From: an uncultured virus (IMG/VR IMGVR_UViG_3300003410_000004)
Taxonomy: Duplodnaviria > Heunggongvirae > Uroviricota > Caudoviricetes
Strand: one strand, 5' to 3'
IMG/VR virus record: IMGVR_UViG_3300003410_000004
Length of the DNA stretch: 64,000 nucleotides
In this document: piece after piece, positions 10,734 to 20,296 of the stretch
How positions within the stretch are numbered: the stretch's first letter is position 1
How the letters are laid out: each line of letters opens with the position of its first letter
Notes under the pieces: model-generated
Seen by the model: the letters and a program-made list of their open reading frames with translations, nothing else
What the model was told of the DNA's origin: nothing
Databases searched by the model: none
Program-made: the position numbers and the translations under genes

Positions 10734-11990
10734 ATGTTTATGACTGAAGAACTTCAGAAGAAGTGGGCGCCAGTTCTCGAACACGCCGATCTTCCTGAGA
10801 TCAAAGATAACTACAAGAAAGCAGTAACTACTGTTCTTCTTGAGAACCAAGAAAAAGCACTCCGTGAAGAGCGTAATACTCTTTTTGAAGCGGCACCAGT
10901 TAACTCTACTGGTTCTGACGTTGCAGGTTTTGACCCAGTATTGATTTCACTGGTTCGCCGTTCTGCACCTAACATGATCGCATACGATGTATGTGGTGTT
11001 CAACCAATGTCAGCACCTACTGGTCTGATCTTTGCAATGAAGTCACGCTACAGCGCACAAGACGGCACTGAAGCACTCTTCAACGAAGCAGACACTGACT
11101 TCTCTGGTGTTGGTACTCACGCAGGTTCTAACCCTGTTGATGGTTCTTACACAACTGGTACTGGTGCGGCAACTGCTGACGGTGAAGCATTGGGTGACGG
11201 TGCGGTATCTATGGGTGACTCTGGTCACTTCAACCAGATGGCATTCTCAATCGAGAAGACCACTGTTACTGCAAAGACACGCGCTTTGAAAGCAGAGTAC
11301 ACTACTGAACTCGCGCAAGATTTGAAAGCAGTTCATGGTTTGGACGCAGAGACTGAACTCTCTAACATCCTTTCTACTGAAATCCTTTCAGAAATCAACC
11401 GTGAAGTTATCCGTACTATCTTCACTTCTGCTTCTGCAGGTGCGCAGTCTGGTACAGCAACAGCAGGTACTTTTGACCTTGACGTTGACTCAAATGGTCG
11501 TTGGTCTGTAGAACGCTTCAAGGGACTCTTGTTCCAAATTGAGCGTGATGCAAACTCAATTGCTTTGTCTACTCGCCGTGGTAAGGGTAACTTCATCATC
11601 ACTTCTTCAGACGTTGCTTCTGCATTGGCAATGGCGGGTGTACTTGACTACACTCCTGCTCTGCAGACTAACCTGAACGTTGATGACGCAGGTAACACTT
11701 TCGCAGGTACTATCAATGGTCGTATCAAAGTATACGTTGATCCATACAGTGCAAACGGTTCTGCTAACCAGTTCTACACTGTTGGTTACAAGGGTACTTC
11801 TGCATATGACGCAGGTATCTTCTACTGCCCATACGTTCCACTGCAAATGGTTAAAGCAGTTGGCGAGAACACTTTCCAACCTAAGATTGGATTCAAGACT
11901 CGTTACGGTATGGTTGCTAACCCATTCACTTCATTGAGTGCGGGTCAGAACACTTACTACCGTAAGACTAAGGTCACTAACTTGACCTAA
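10734..11990 (+). CDS. gp23: Major capsid protein gp23
   Basis: CGVQPM..PTGLIFAM, RALKAEYTTELAQDLKAVHG, FQPKIGFKTRYG. Confidence 0.98.
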   Translation: MFMTEELQKKWAPVLEHADLPEIKDNYKKAVTTVLLENQEKALREERNTLFEAAPVNSTGSDVAGFDPVLISLVRRSAPNMIAYDVCGVQPMSAPTGLIFAMKSRYSAQDGTEALFNEADTDFSGVGTHAGSNPVDGSYTTGTGAATADGEALGDGAVSMGDSGHFNQMAFSIEKTTVTAKTRALKAEYTTELAQDLKAVHGLDAETELSNILSTEILSEINREVIRTIFTSASAGAQSGTATAGTFDLDVDSNGRWSVERFKGLLFQIERDANSIALSTRRGKGNFIITSSDVASALAMAGVLDYTPALQTNLNVDDAGNTFAGTINGRIKVYVDPYSANGSANQFYTVGYKGTSAYDAGIFYCPYVPLQMVKAVGENTFQPKIGFKTRYGMVANPFTSLSAGQNTYYRKTKVTNLT

Positions 11991-12013
11991 GTTTTACTCT
12001 AAGTAAGACGAAG

Positions 12014-12038
12014 AGGGGTGCGAAAGCACCCCTTTTTT
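12014..12038 (+). terminator. Rho-independent terminator after gp23
   Basis: AGGGGTGC-GAAA-GCACCCCT followed by a T run. Confidence 0.9.
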
Positions 12039-12042
12039 GTTA

Positions 12043-12050
12043 TATAAATA
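12043..12050 (+). promoter_or_regulatory. Late promoter TATAAATA
   Basis: Exact consensus right after the terminator. Confidence 0.85.
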
Positions 12051-12075
12051 CTAATGTGATTTGAAGGAGATAACT

Positions 12076-12219
12076 ATGGCAAAATCATCTACAAATATTG
12101 CGTGGAAACCTGATGGGGTCAAGAAAGGAACCTCTATTGGTCGTGGAACTATTAAAATGCAAACCATGAACAAAGGTAAAAAACGATCTTTCAAAAAGTA
12201 TCGTGGACAGGGTAAGTAA
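12076..12219 (+). CDS. Small basic late protein (47 aa, not in ORF track)
   Basis: AAGGAG RBS; MAKSSTNIAW...KKRSFKKYRGQGK; stop abuts next ATG. Confidence 0.8.
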   Translation: MAKSSTNIAWKPDGVKKGTSIGRGTIKMQTMNKGKKRSFKKYRGQGK

Positions 12220-12819
12220 ATGAGTATCGATCCATCAGACATCAATATCAATATCCAAGCGAGTAATTGGACAAACCAGACTACGCAAAATACTAATTAT
12301 ATTGCACCGTCTCAGTTCATCTTCACGATGAGTACTGCTAAAAACGTATCGTTCTTTTGTCAGACTGCTAACATTCCTGCAGTGAATCTTGGTCAAGCAC
12401 CAATGACTACTCGTGTGAATGATATTGCGATGCCTGGCGATAAGGTAACATTCGGTGATCTCATAATCTCATTCCTTGTAGATGAAGATATGACCAACTA
12501 CAAAGAAATCTTCAACTGGATGAAGAAGATTGGTACTGCAGAAAATGAAGAAGACTATGTTCGTTTCTTGAGAGAGCAAGCATACAAGCATCCAAACTCT
12601 GCTACAACCAAACCACTTCCAGTAGCACCAACTATGACAGATGCGACATTGAGTATCCTGTCTAGTTCAAACAATGTGACTAATGAGATCAAGTTTTACA
12701 ACCTATTCCCTGTATCATTGGAAGGGTTACAATTTGATACCACAGATACGGCATATACATATTTAACTGCAAGTGCTAGTTTCCACTTCTCACATTACGA
12801 AATAGTGGAGAGAACTTAA
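12220..12819 (+). CDS. gp3: Tail completion protein gp3-like
   Basis: FFCQTANIP, PGDKVTF.DL.ISFLVDEDM.NY, FPVSL; T4-like position. Confidence 0.8.
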   Translation: MSIDPSDININIQASNWTNQTTQNTNYIAPSQFIFTMSTAKNVSFFCQTANIPAVNLGQAPMTTRVNDIAMPGDKVTFGDLIISFLVDEDMTNYKEIFNWMKKIGTAENEEDYVRFLREQAYKHPNSATTKPLPVAPTMTDATLSILSSSNNVTNEIKFYNLFPVSLEGLQFDTTDTAYTYLTASASFHFSHYEIVERT

Positions 12820-12840
12820 CATTATAAAGGTGATTATATA

Positions 12841-13284
12841 ATGGTCGATTTAGACAAACTGAAAGATATGTGGGCGCGAGATGCTCAGACTGATGAAACA
12901 GAACTTGGTCAAGAAGCACTCCGCGTACCAAATCTACACGCTAAATGGTTAGCGATTTATAGTGATGCTAAACTGGTGTTGAGAAAGCACCAGAGTGATC
13001 TATACAAACTCCGTAAAGTAAAATACAAATACTACCGTGGTGAGATGACTCAGCAAGAGTTGGAAGTCATGGGGTGGGAACAGTATCTTGGATCAAAACC
13101 ACTCAAGAATGAGATGGATGAAATCCTAAAGACCGATACTGATATCATTAATAAAGAAGATCGTATTTTTTACCAACAGACTGTGGTTGATTTCCTAGAG
13201 CAAGTCATTCGCTCAATCAACTCGCGTGGGTGGGATATCAAGAATGCGATTGAGTGGAATAAATTTACGCAAGGTACAATATAA
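12841..13284 (+). CDS. uvsY: Recombination mediator UvsY
   Basis: PNLHAKW, YYRG, RGWDIKNAIEW.KF. Confidence 0.92.
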   Translation: MVDLDKLKDMWARDAQTDETELGQEALRVPNLHAKWLAIYSDAKLVLRKHQSDLYKLRKVKYKYYRGEMTQQELEVMGWEQYLGSKPLKNEMDEILKTDTDIINKEDRIFYQQTVVDFLEQVIRSINSRGWDIKNAIEWNKFTQGTI

Positions 13285-13448
13285 TGTCTGCTTATGTTTG
13301 TCCAATTTGTGGACATGTTCATGATGAGGAAACTGGTGATATTGAACATGGTATCATGCCAGGCACTAAGTGGGAAGATGTTCCCGATTCATTTTTATGT
13401 CCAAGTTGTGATGCACCAAAAAGTGTGTATATTGAGTTAGATGGATAA
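13284..13448 (+). CDS. Rubredoxin (54 aa, not in ORF track)
   Basis: YVCPICGHVHDEETGD...PGTKWEDVPDSFLCPSC; Cys 6/9/39/42; ATG overlaps uvsY stop. Confidence 0.92.
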   Translation: MSAYVCPICGHVHDEETGDIEHGIMPGTKWEDVPDSFLCPSCDAPKSVYIELDG

Positions 13449-14895
13449 ATTATCGATTGAAAAAGTCGATGAAGTGTATATGAAGGTTTATTGCGAACCT
13501 AGTACTGCACAGGAACTATCAGACTTTTTTACATTCAAGGTGCCAGGATGCGAGTTCGTACCCTCATATCGTAATAAGATGTGGGATGGTAAGATTCGTC
13601 TGTACAACATGTGGAACAAGACTCTCTATATTGGATTGCTTCATTATGTGGAAGCATTCTGTGAGTCTCGTGGATATATGTTGGAGAATACAATCCGTGA
13701 AAGACCAGAGATTGATGTCAAAGAATTGGTTGGATTCTTAAAGCACTTGAAGTTACCATTTGAACCTAGAGACTACCAAGTCGATGCTATCCTAAATGGT
13801 ATCAACAAAAAACGTATGTTGCTACTATCACCCACAGGTTCAGGTAAGTCGTTTATCATCTATGGGTTGATTAGATATATACTTGCAACCAGACCAGATA
13901 GTCGTGTATTGCTTGTTGTTCCAACCACATCGTTGGTTGCTCAGATGAAGAGTGACTTCAAGGAGTATGGAATCAATGAGAACTGGATATCGATGATCTA
14001 TCAGGGGATGGATAAAAACGTTGATAACAAAATCATCATTTCAACTTGGCAGTCTATATATAAGGAAAAGAAATCGTTCTTTTCAAAGTTTACAACTGTC
14101 ATCGGTGATGAAGCGCACAACTTTAAAGCGAAGTCACTCACATCCATTCTAGAAAAAGCAACAGACGCAGAGTTTCGTTTTGGTACAACAGGTACACTTG
14201 ACGGCACTAAGACACATAAGTTAGTATTAGAGGGTTTATTTGGTCAGGTGGAAAGATTCACCACAACCAAAAAACTCATGAAGGAAAAGTCTCTCGCTAA
14301 ACTGAACATCACATGTTTACAGTTAGAGTACCCAGAAGAGGTTCGTAAAGAGACTAAGAAATTAAAGTATGCTGAAGAGATTGACTTCTTGATCAGCAAC
14401 GAAAAGCGAAATAAGTTTATCCGTAACTTGGTGGTTAAACAGAAGGGGAATACCCTCGTATTATTTCAAATGGTAGAGAAACACGGTGCAGTACTGTATA
14501 AGTTGATTTCTGATGCGGTAGATACCAACCGAAAGGTTTTCTTTGTTCATGGTGGAGTACAGACCGATACAAGGGAACAAATTCGTGCTATCACAGAACA
14601 AGAAAACGATGCAATTATCATCGCATCTTACGGTACGTTTAGTACCGGCATTAATATTAAAAATCTTCTTAACATCGTGTTCGCTTCACCAAGTAAGTCA
14701 AGGATTAGAAACCTGCAGTCTATCGGTAGAGGACTTAGACTTAAAGAAGGAAAAACCGAAGCAAATCTCTACGACCTTGGGGATAACTTGTCCTATAAAT
14801 CTCATAGGAACTTCACACTAGATCATATGGTAGAACGTATTAAAATTTACAATGAAGAGAAATTTGATTACAAAATAATAAAGGTACAACTATGA
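13441..14895 (+). CDS. uvsW: SF2 helicase UvsW
   Basis: PRDYQ, SPTGSGKS, DEAH, QSIGRGLR. Confidence 0.96.
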   Translation: MDKLSIEKVDEVYMKVYCEPSTAQELSDFFTFKVPGCEFVPSYRNKMWDGKIRLYNMWNKTLYIGLLHYVEAFCESRGYMLENTIRERPEIDVKELVGFLKHLKLPFEPRDYQVDAILNGINKKRMLLLSPTGSGKSFIIYGLIRYILATRPDSRVLLVVPTTSLVAQMKSDFKEYGINENWISMIYQGMDKNVDNKIIISTWQSIYKEKKSFFSKFTTVIGDEAHNFKAKSLTSILEKATDAEFRFGTTGTLDGTKTHKLVLEGLFGQVERFTTTKKLMKEKSLAKLNITCLQLEYPEEVRKETKKLKYAEEIDFLISNEKRNKFIRNLVVKQKGNTLVLFQMVEKHGAVLYKLISDAVDTNRKVFFVHGGVQTDTREQIRAITEQENDAIIIASYGTFSTGINIKNLLNIVFASPSKSRIRNLQSIGRGLRLKEGKTEANLYDLGDNLSYKSHRNFTLDHMVERIKIYNEEKFDYKIIKVQL

Positions 14896-15278
14896 TTAAG
14901 ATGATCCAACTTAATACAGGTGAATATCTCATTGGTGATCTGAAGGGGTATGAGGATGAATCTCTAGATATGATCGCAATGATTAAACCTGCTAAGGTGG
15001 TGGAGATGTCTGTTGCTGATGATAAAGATGATATCAACTTCACTTATGGTATTACTCGTTATGCACCATTTGCTAAAGATGATCTATACATGGTGCGTAA
15101 GAGTGCTATATGCGTCATTTGTGAACCAACAGAAGGTATCAAAGCGTACTACCTAAATACTGTTAGAGATGTAGAAGAAGATATTGTTGAAAGGTTTGAG
15201 AAACTGCACAAAGAAGAAGAGCAGGAAACAGACCTTGATTGGGATGATGATGACTATGATTCAGGAACAATACATTAG
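14892..15278 (+). CDS. Conserved hypothetical protein (Sm-like pattern, acidic tail)
   Basis: MIQLNTGEYLIG start; position after uvsW. Confidence 0.65.
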   Translation: MIKMIQLNTGEYLIGDLKGYEDESLDMIAMIKPAKVVEMSVADDKDDINFTYGITRYAPFAKDDLYMVRKSAICVICEPTEGIKAYYLNTVRDVEEDIVERFEKLHKEEEQETDLDWDDDDYDSGTIH

Positions 15279-15399
15279 ATATAGATGTATCTTCAACCGA
15301 GGACATCGCGAATACTACACCTCTGTCAACCCTTTGTCAACAACTTTCTTTCATTTACAACACATTATTGCCTTAATGGCAGTATTGCCTTCTTTTCAC

Positions 15400-15428
15400 T
15401 TGACAACTGTTTAATATTACGCTATTAT
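15400..15428 (+). promoter_or_regulatory. sigma70-like promoter for gp55
   Basis: TTGACA-17-TATTAT. Confidence 0.75.
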
Positions 15429-15466
15429 GGGTAATACAACTACTAGAATATGGGAAAAACTAAACT

Positions 15467-16039
15467 ATGGCAAAAGACCCAAGACATTATGTCGATAACA
15501 AGGAGTTCTTGGAAGCATTCAAACAATACAAGCAAGAGATAGCAGAAGCGCAAGAAAAGGGAGAACAAATCCCTCGTGTTCCAGACTATATCGGTGAATG
15601 TTTCTTAAAGATCGCACAGCACCTTTCTTACAGACCTAACTTTATCAACTACACATATAAGCACGATATGATCTCTGATGGTGTAGAGAACTGTTTGATG
15701 TACTGTAAGAACTTTGATCCAGAGAAATCTTCTAATCCATTTGCATACTTTACTCAGATCATCTACTATGCATTCCTGAGACGCATTCAGCGTGAGAAGA
15801 AGCAGACAGAATTAAAAATGAGATATGTCAACTCATTACAAATCGATGAGGAGATGTTCATCAATGAGTTCGATGATCTTGATCCATCATACAAGAATAC
15901 CTACGTTGAGTATTTGCGCAGTGGTAATCTAGTTGGTGATACTTTCCTAAAAGAACAAAATCAAGATAAAGAAACTCAGAAAGAAGAAATTCAACAAGAA
16001 GTTATTGGGTTGGAAAACTTTATGGATGATAAAGAATGA
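15467..16039 (+). CDS. gp55: Late-transcription sigma factor gp55
   Basis: HYVDNKEF, IGECFLKIA, NPFAYFTQIIYYAFLRRI. Confidence 0.96.
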   Translation: MAKDPRHYVDNKEFLEAFKQYKQEIAEAQEKGEQIPRVPDYIGECFLKIAQHLSYRPNFINYTYKHDMISDGVENCLMYCKNFDPEKSSNPFAYFTQIIYYAFLRRIQREKKQTELKMRYVNSLQIDEEMFINEFDDLDPSYKNTYVEYLRSGNLVGDTFLKEQNQDKETQKEEIQQEVIGLENFMDDKE

Positions 16040-17499
16040 ATATCGTGATTTTAGGAACAGGAACCGCAGGATTAACAACTGCTCTAATACTGAAGTCAAT
16101 TAATAGTGCTATCAGTGTTGAAGTTATTGGTTCCCCAAATATTGGAATTGTGGGTGTTGGTGAATCTTCAACTGAACATTTCGATAATTTGAGATCGTTA
16201 CTAGGATTGACACTTACTGACATTATTAAAGGTTGTCATGCAACTTATAAATTTGGGGTTTATTTTGAGGGATGGTCTGAAAAGGGTGATTATATCCATG
16301 CACTAGCAAGCAAACTAAGAGATAGAAACCCAATGTCAGAATCATTAGAAACAAACATCATGCTTGAGGGTTTGATGTCAACTGAAGCGCACCCACTTGA
16401 AATGGTTGATAGAACTACAATTGAACCTAATATTCGGTGTAGTCTATTAGAACAACCATCACAGTTTCATTTTGATACGTTTAAACTAAATGAATTTTTA
16501 ATAAATCTTTGTGAAAAAAGAGGAATTACAATTCATGAAGATGATGTGACTCCAGTTTTTGATTCAGATGGTAATTGTTCTGGTTTGGTTGGTAAATCTG
16601 AAAATGTATATCTTGGAGACTTATATGTTGATGCTTCTGGATTTCAAAGAGCAATTGTTGGTCAGATGCCTGAATATAAGTGGGAGAAAGATGAACATCT
16701 ATTCTTAGATTCTGCAATCGCATTCCAATGCGAGCATCCAGAACAATACAGGTGTTATACCACAGCGAAAAGAATGAAATGTGGTTGGATGTGGAGAATT
16801 CCAACATATACCCGCATGGGTAATGGTTATGCCTATAATAGTAAATTTACCAATGAAGAACAAGCATTGGATGAGATCGAAGAATATTTAGGTTTTAGAC
16901 CAGAAGTTGGTAGAAGATTTAAGTTTGAAGCGGGTAGATTAAACACGTTCTGGGAAAATAATGTTGTTGCAGTAGGATTATCATCGCATTTCTATGAACC
17001 ACTTGAAGCAACTGCTATTGGTGTTGGTATACAACAAGCAGTATTATTGTCTAAACTAATTCACAATAATGATAAGGTAAATCGTACTTACTATAATGAG
17101 ATGAATACTAGTATGTTAGATCAAGTCTCATTATATCTACAATGTCATTATGTTAACGTTCCTCCTGATACTGAATTCTGGAAATATGTTAAGAATAAAG
17201 TAGAAAGTTCGCCATCAAAAGAACTTGACAAGTTAGTAAAAATATGTAATAGTAGGTTCCCAACTCAAGAAGATGTTGGGGGTAATACCAGAATTAATTT
17301 ATTTGGTAACCTTAATTTTGCGCAAGTTTTGTATGGGTTGGGTGTTTTGAAATCTGAAGTGGTTCGGAGACAATTCATTCTGAAGAATGTTAATGAGTTA
17401 TTTGAGTATTCTCTTTCTCAAGCGAAGGAGAAAGAAACCAGTAATGAAAATAACCCATCACACAAAGAACTTATCAACATGATTAATGAGAGTGAATAA
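16036..17499 (+). CDS. Flavin-dependent halogenase (tryptophan halogenase/PrnA family)
   Basis: GTGTAG, GVGES, ATYK, WMWRIP, EPLEAT. Confidence 0.88.
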   Translation: MNIVILGTGTAGLTTALILKSINSAISVEVIGSPNIGIVGVGESSTEHFDNLRSLLGLTLTDIIKGCHATYKFGVYFEGWSEKGDYIHALASKLRDRNPMSESLETNIMLEGLMSTEAHPLEMVDRTTIEPNIRCSLLEQPSQFHFDTFKLNEFLINLCEKRGITIHEDDVTPVFDSDGNCSGLVGKSENVYLGDLYVDASGFQRAIVGQMPEYKWEKDEHLFLDSAIAFQCEHPEQYRCYTTAKRMKCGWMWRIPTYTRMGNGYAYNSKFTNEEQALDEIEEYLGFRPEVGRRFKFEAGRLNTFWENNVVAVGLSSHFYEPLEATAIGVGIQQAVLLSKLIHNNDKVNRTYYNEMNTSMLDQVSLYLQCHYVNVPPDTEFWKYVKNKVESSPSKELDKLVKICNSRFPTQEDVGGNTRINLFGNLNFAQVLYGLGVLKSEVVRRQFILKNVNELFEYSLSQAKEKETSNENNPSHKELINMINESE

Positions 17500-18575
17500 T
17501 GAAAATTGCACTGATTAATGATACGCACTTTGGTGCGCGTAATGACAGTGAAGCGTTTGATAACTTCTTCTACAAGTTCTACGATAATGTGTTCTTTCCG
17601 ACACTTAAAGAGCGTGGAATCAAAACAATGATCCATTTGGGTGACATTACAGATAGACGTAAGTTTATCAACTATCGCATCTTGGATCGTTTCCGTAGAG
17701 AGTTTATGTGGAAACTTGGTGATATGGGTGTAGATACTCATATCATTATTGGTAACCACGACACATACTTCAAAAATACAAACAAGGTGAACTCTATGGA
17801 TGCCTTGTTTACATCTTATGATGGTCAGAATGAACCGTGGATTTACAGCGAAGCGCAGACGGTTGACTTTGATGGTTGTAAGATTCTAATGATGCCTTGG
17901 ATTAATCCAGAGAACCATGACTATGCTATGAAGCAGATTGAAGAGACAGATGCGCAAGTCTGTTTTGGTCATTTGGAGATTCAAGGTTTCATGATGTATA
18001 AAGGACATGTAAACCACGATCACGGTGTAACTGCTGAAACTTTTAATAAGTTTGACCTTGTGTGCAGTGGACACTTTCATCATAAGTCATCACAAGGAAA
18101 CATACATTATTTGGGCAACCCATACCAGATCACATGGTCTGATTATGATGATATTCGTGGTTTTCATATTTTCGATACTGAGACTCGTGAACTTGAGTTC
18201 GTAGCAAACCCATACACCATCTTTGAGAAGATTTTATATGATGATCGCACAGAAGATTATCTAGATTTTGACTACAAGCAGTATGAAGGTAAGTTTGTAA
18301 AACTCGTGGTAGTCAATAAGATCAATCAGCAAGTATTTGATCGTGTGGTAGACAATCTATCGAGTATTGATTTGGAAGAGTTGAAGATCATTGAAGATTT
18401 CTCTGATTTTGATACTGCATATATCGATGATGAGAAGTTGCAGTTGGATGATACCCTATCACTACTAAATACATACATTGAAAATATTGAAACTGATGCG
18501 GATAAGAATCGCATCTCAGATATGATGAAAACACTTTATGTGGAAGCGTCAAACGCTAATGTGACAGGTGCTTAA
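17499..18575 (+). CDS. gp47: Recombination nuclease gp47 (Mre11/SbcD-like)
   Basis: DTHFG, HLGD, GNHD, SGHFH. Confidence 0.95.
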   Translation: MKIALINDTHFGARNDSEAFDNFFYKFYDNVFFPTLKERGIKTMIHLGDITDRRKFINYRILDRFRREFMWKLGDMGVDTHIIIGNHDTYFKNTNKVNSMDALFTSYDGQNEPWIYSEAQTVDFDGCKILMMPWINPENHDYAMKQIEETDAQVCFGHLEIQGFMMYKGHVNHDHGVTAETFNKFDLVCSGHFHHKSSQGNIHYLGNPYQITWSDYDDIRGFHIFDTETRELEFVANPYTIFEKILYDDRTEDYLDFDYKQYEGKFVKLVVVNKINQQVFDRVVDNLSSIDLEELKIIEDFSDFDTAYIDDEKLQLDDTLSLLNTYIENIETDADKNRISDMMKTLYVEASNANVTGA

Positions 18576-20293
18576 TGATTAAGTTTGAAGTTGTTCGATA
18601 TAAGAATATCCTTTCCACTGGTAATGCATTTACTGAAGTTAGTCTAGATAAACATCCATCTACACTAATCGTTGGTACAAACGGTGCAGGAAAATCGACT
18701 ATGATCGATGCTCTGTGCTTTGCATTATTTGGTAAACCCTACCGTAACATCAACAAACCGCAGTTGATAAACTCAATCAACCAAAAAGACATGGTTGTAG
18801 AGGTTGAGTTCTCAATCGGTAAGTCGAAGTATAAGGTTGTCAGAGGTATCAAACCAAATAAGTTTGAAATCTGGCAGAACGGTACGATGCTGAACCAAGA
18901 CGCATCTGCAAGAGATTATCAATCACTTCTTGAGAAGCAGATTCTCAAGTTGAACTATAAGTCGTTCACACAGATTGTAGTTCTTGGTTCAGCGTCATTT
19001 ACTCCTTTCATGCAATTGTCGGCAAAAGATCGAAAAGAGATCATCGAAGACTTGCTTGATATTCAAATTTTCACTGTAATGAATGATATTCTAAAAGGTG
19101 AACAACAGGGTTTGATTCAGAAATCAAATGTGGTAAAATCTGATTTGGATGTGACTAAACAAAAGGTTGCACTCCAAGAGCAGTACATCAAAAAGATCGA
19201 AGAAGCGAGGAAGCAAGGTGTTCAAGATATTCAAGAAAAAATTCAATCCAGTACTACCAAGATCGGAGAGTACAGTACCTCTATTGACTCGCTCAGAAAG
19301 GGAATTGAAGAAAAAGAACAAACGATTGCCGATCTTGATGCGATAAGCAAGAAGTTATCTAAACTATCTAAACTACAAACTCAAATTGAAAATAATGTCA
19401 CTAAATTTCAGAAAGAAATCAAATTCTACAGCGAGACAGAAACCTGTCATACTTGTAAGCAAGACATCGATGATGACTTCAAAGGAACAATCATCACCGA
19501 AAGAGAAAGTAAACTTTCAGAAAATACCAATGCTCTGCAAGAGTTGGAAGCACAGATCGCAGTAATCAATAGTCGTATTGCTGAGATCAATGTGGTGCAA
19601 ACTGAGATTAGCAATCTACAGCATGAAGTCAGTAAGTACCAAGCGATGATCTCTACAGAGAATGATCACATCGACAAACTCAATGTGGAACTTGCAAAGG
19701 TGCAGGAAGCGTCTACAGATGATACCTCTGACGATAAAAAAGCACTACGCGAACTTGCAAAACAAGCGATGCAGTTGACTGAAGAAAAGTCGAAACTAAA
19801 CGAAGATAAATACTACTATGAGATTGCCGCTAATCTACTGAAGGATAGTGGTGTTAAAACAAAGATTATTAGTCAGTATCTACCTGTCATTAATCATTAT
19901 GTGAACAGTTTCCTGAAGTCGATGGACTTCTTTGTTCAGTTTGAGTTGGATGAGAACTTTAAAGAAACCATCCGATCCAGACACCGTGATGCATTTAGTT
20001 ATGCGTCATTCAGTGAAGGTGAGAAAATGCGTATCGATTTGTCACTACTATTTACTTGGAGACAAATTGCGAAGATGAAGAATTCAACAAACACAAATCT
20101 ATTAATCATGGATGAGGTGTTTGATAGTTCACTAGACAATACAGGAACAGATGAATTCTTGAAGATTCTAAACACTCTAGATAAGGGTGCTAACGCATTC
20201 ATCATTTCACATAAAGGTGATACTTTGTTTGACAAATTTACTAACATCATTCGATTTGAGAAGCATCAAAATTACTCACGAATGGTAAGTTGA
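18575..20293 (+). CDS. gp46: Recombination ATPase gp46 (Rad50/SbcC-like)
   Basis: GTNGAGKS, CHTC hook, FSEGE, MDEVFD. Confidence 0.96.
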   Translation: MIKFEVVRYKNILSTGNAFTEVSLDKHPSTLIVGTNGAGKSTMIDALCFALFGKPYRNINKPQLINSINQKDMVVEVEFSIGKSKYKVVRGIKPNKFEIWQNGTMLNQDASARDYQSLLEKQILKLNYKSFTQIVVLGSASFTPFMQLSAKDRKEIIEDLLDIQIFTVMNDILKGEQQGLIQKSNVVKSDLDVTKQKVALQEQYIKKIEEARKQGVQDIQEKIQSSTTKIGEYSTSIDSLRKGIEEKEQTIADLDAISKKLSKLSKLQTQIENNVTKFQKEIKFYSETETCHTCKQDIDDDFKGTIITERESKLSENTNALQELEAQIAVINSRIAEINVVQTEISNLQHEVSKYQAMISTENDHIDKLNVELAKVQEASTDDTSDDKKALRELAKQAMQLTEEKSKLNEDKYYYEIAANLLKDSGVKTKIISQYLPVINHYVNSFLKSMDFFVQFELDENFKETIRSRHRDAFSYASFSEGEKMRIDLSLLFTWRQIAKMKNSTNTNLLIMDEVFDSSLDNTGTDEFLKILNTLDKGANAFIISHKGDTLFDKFTNIIRFEKHQNYSRMVS

Positions 20294-20296
20294 AAA

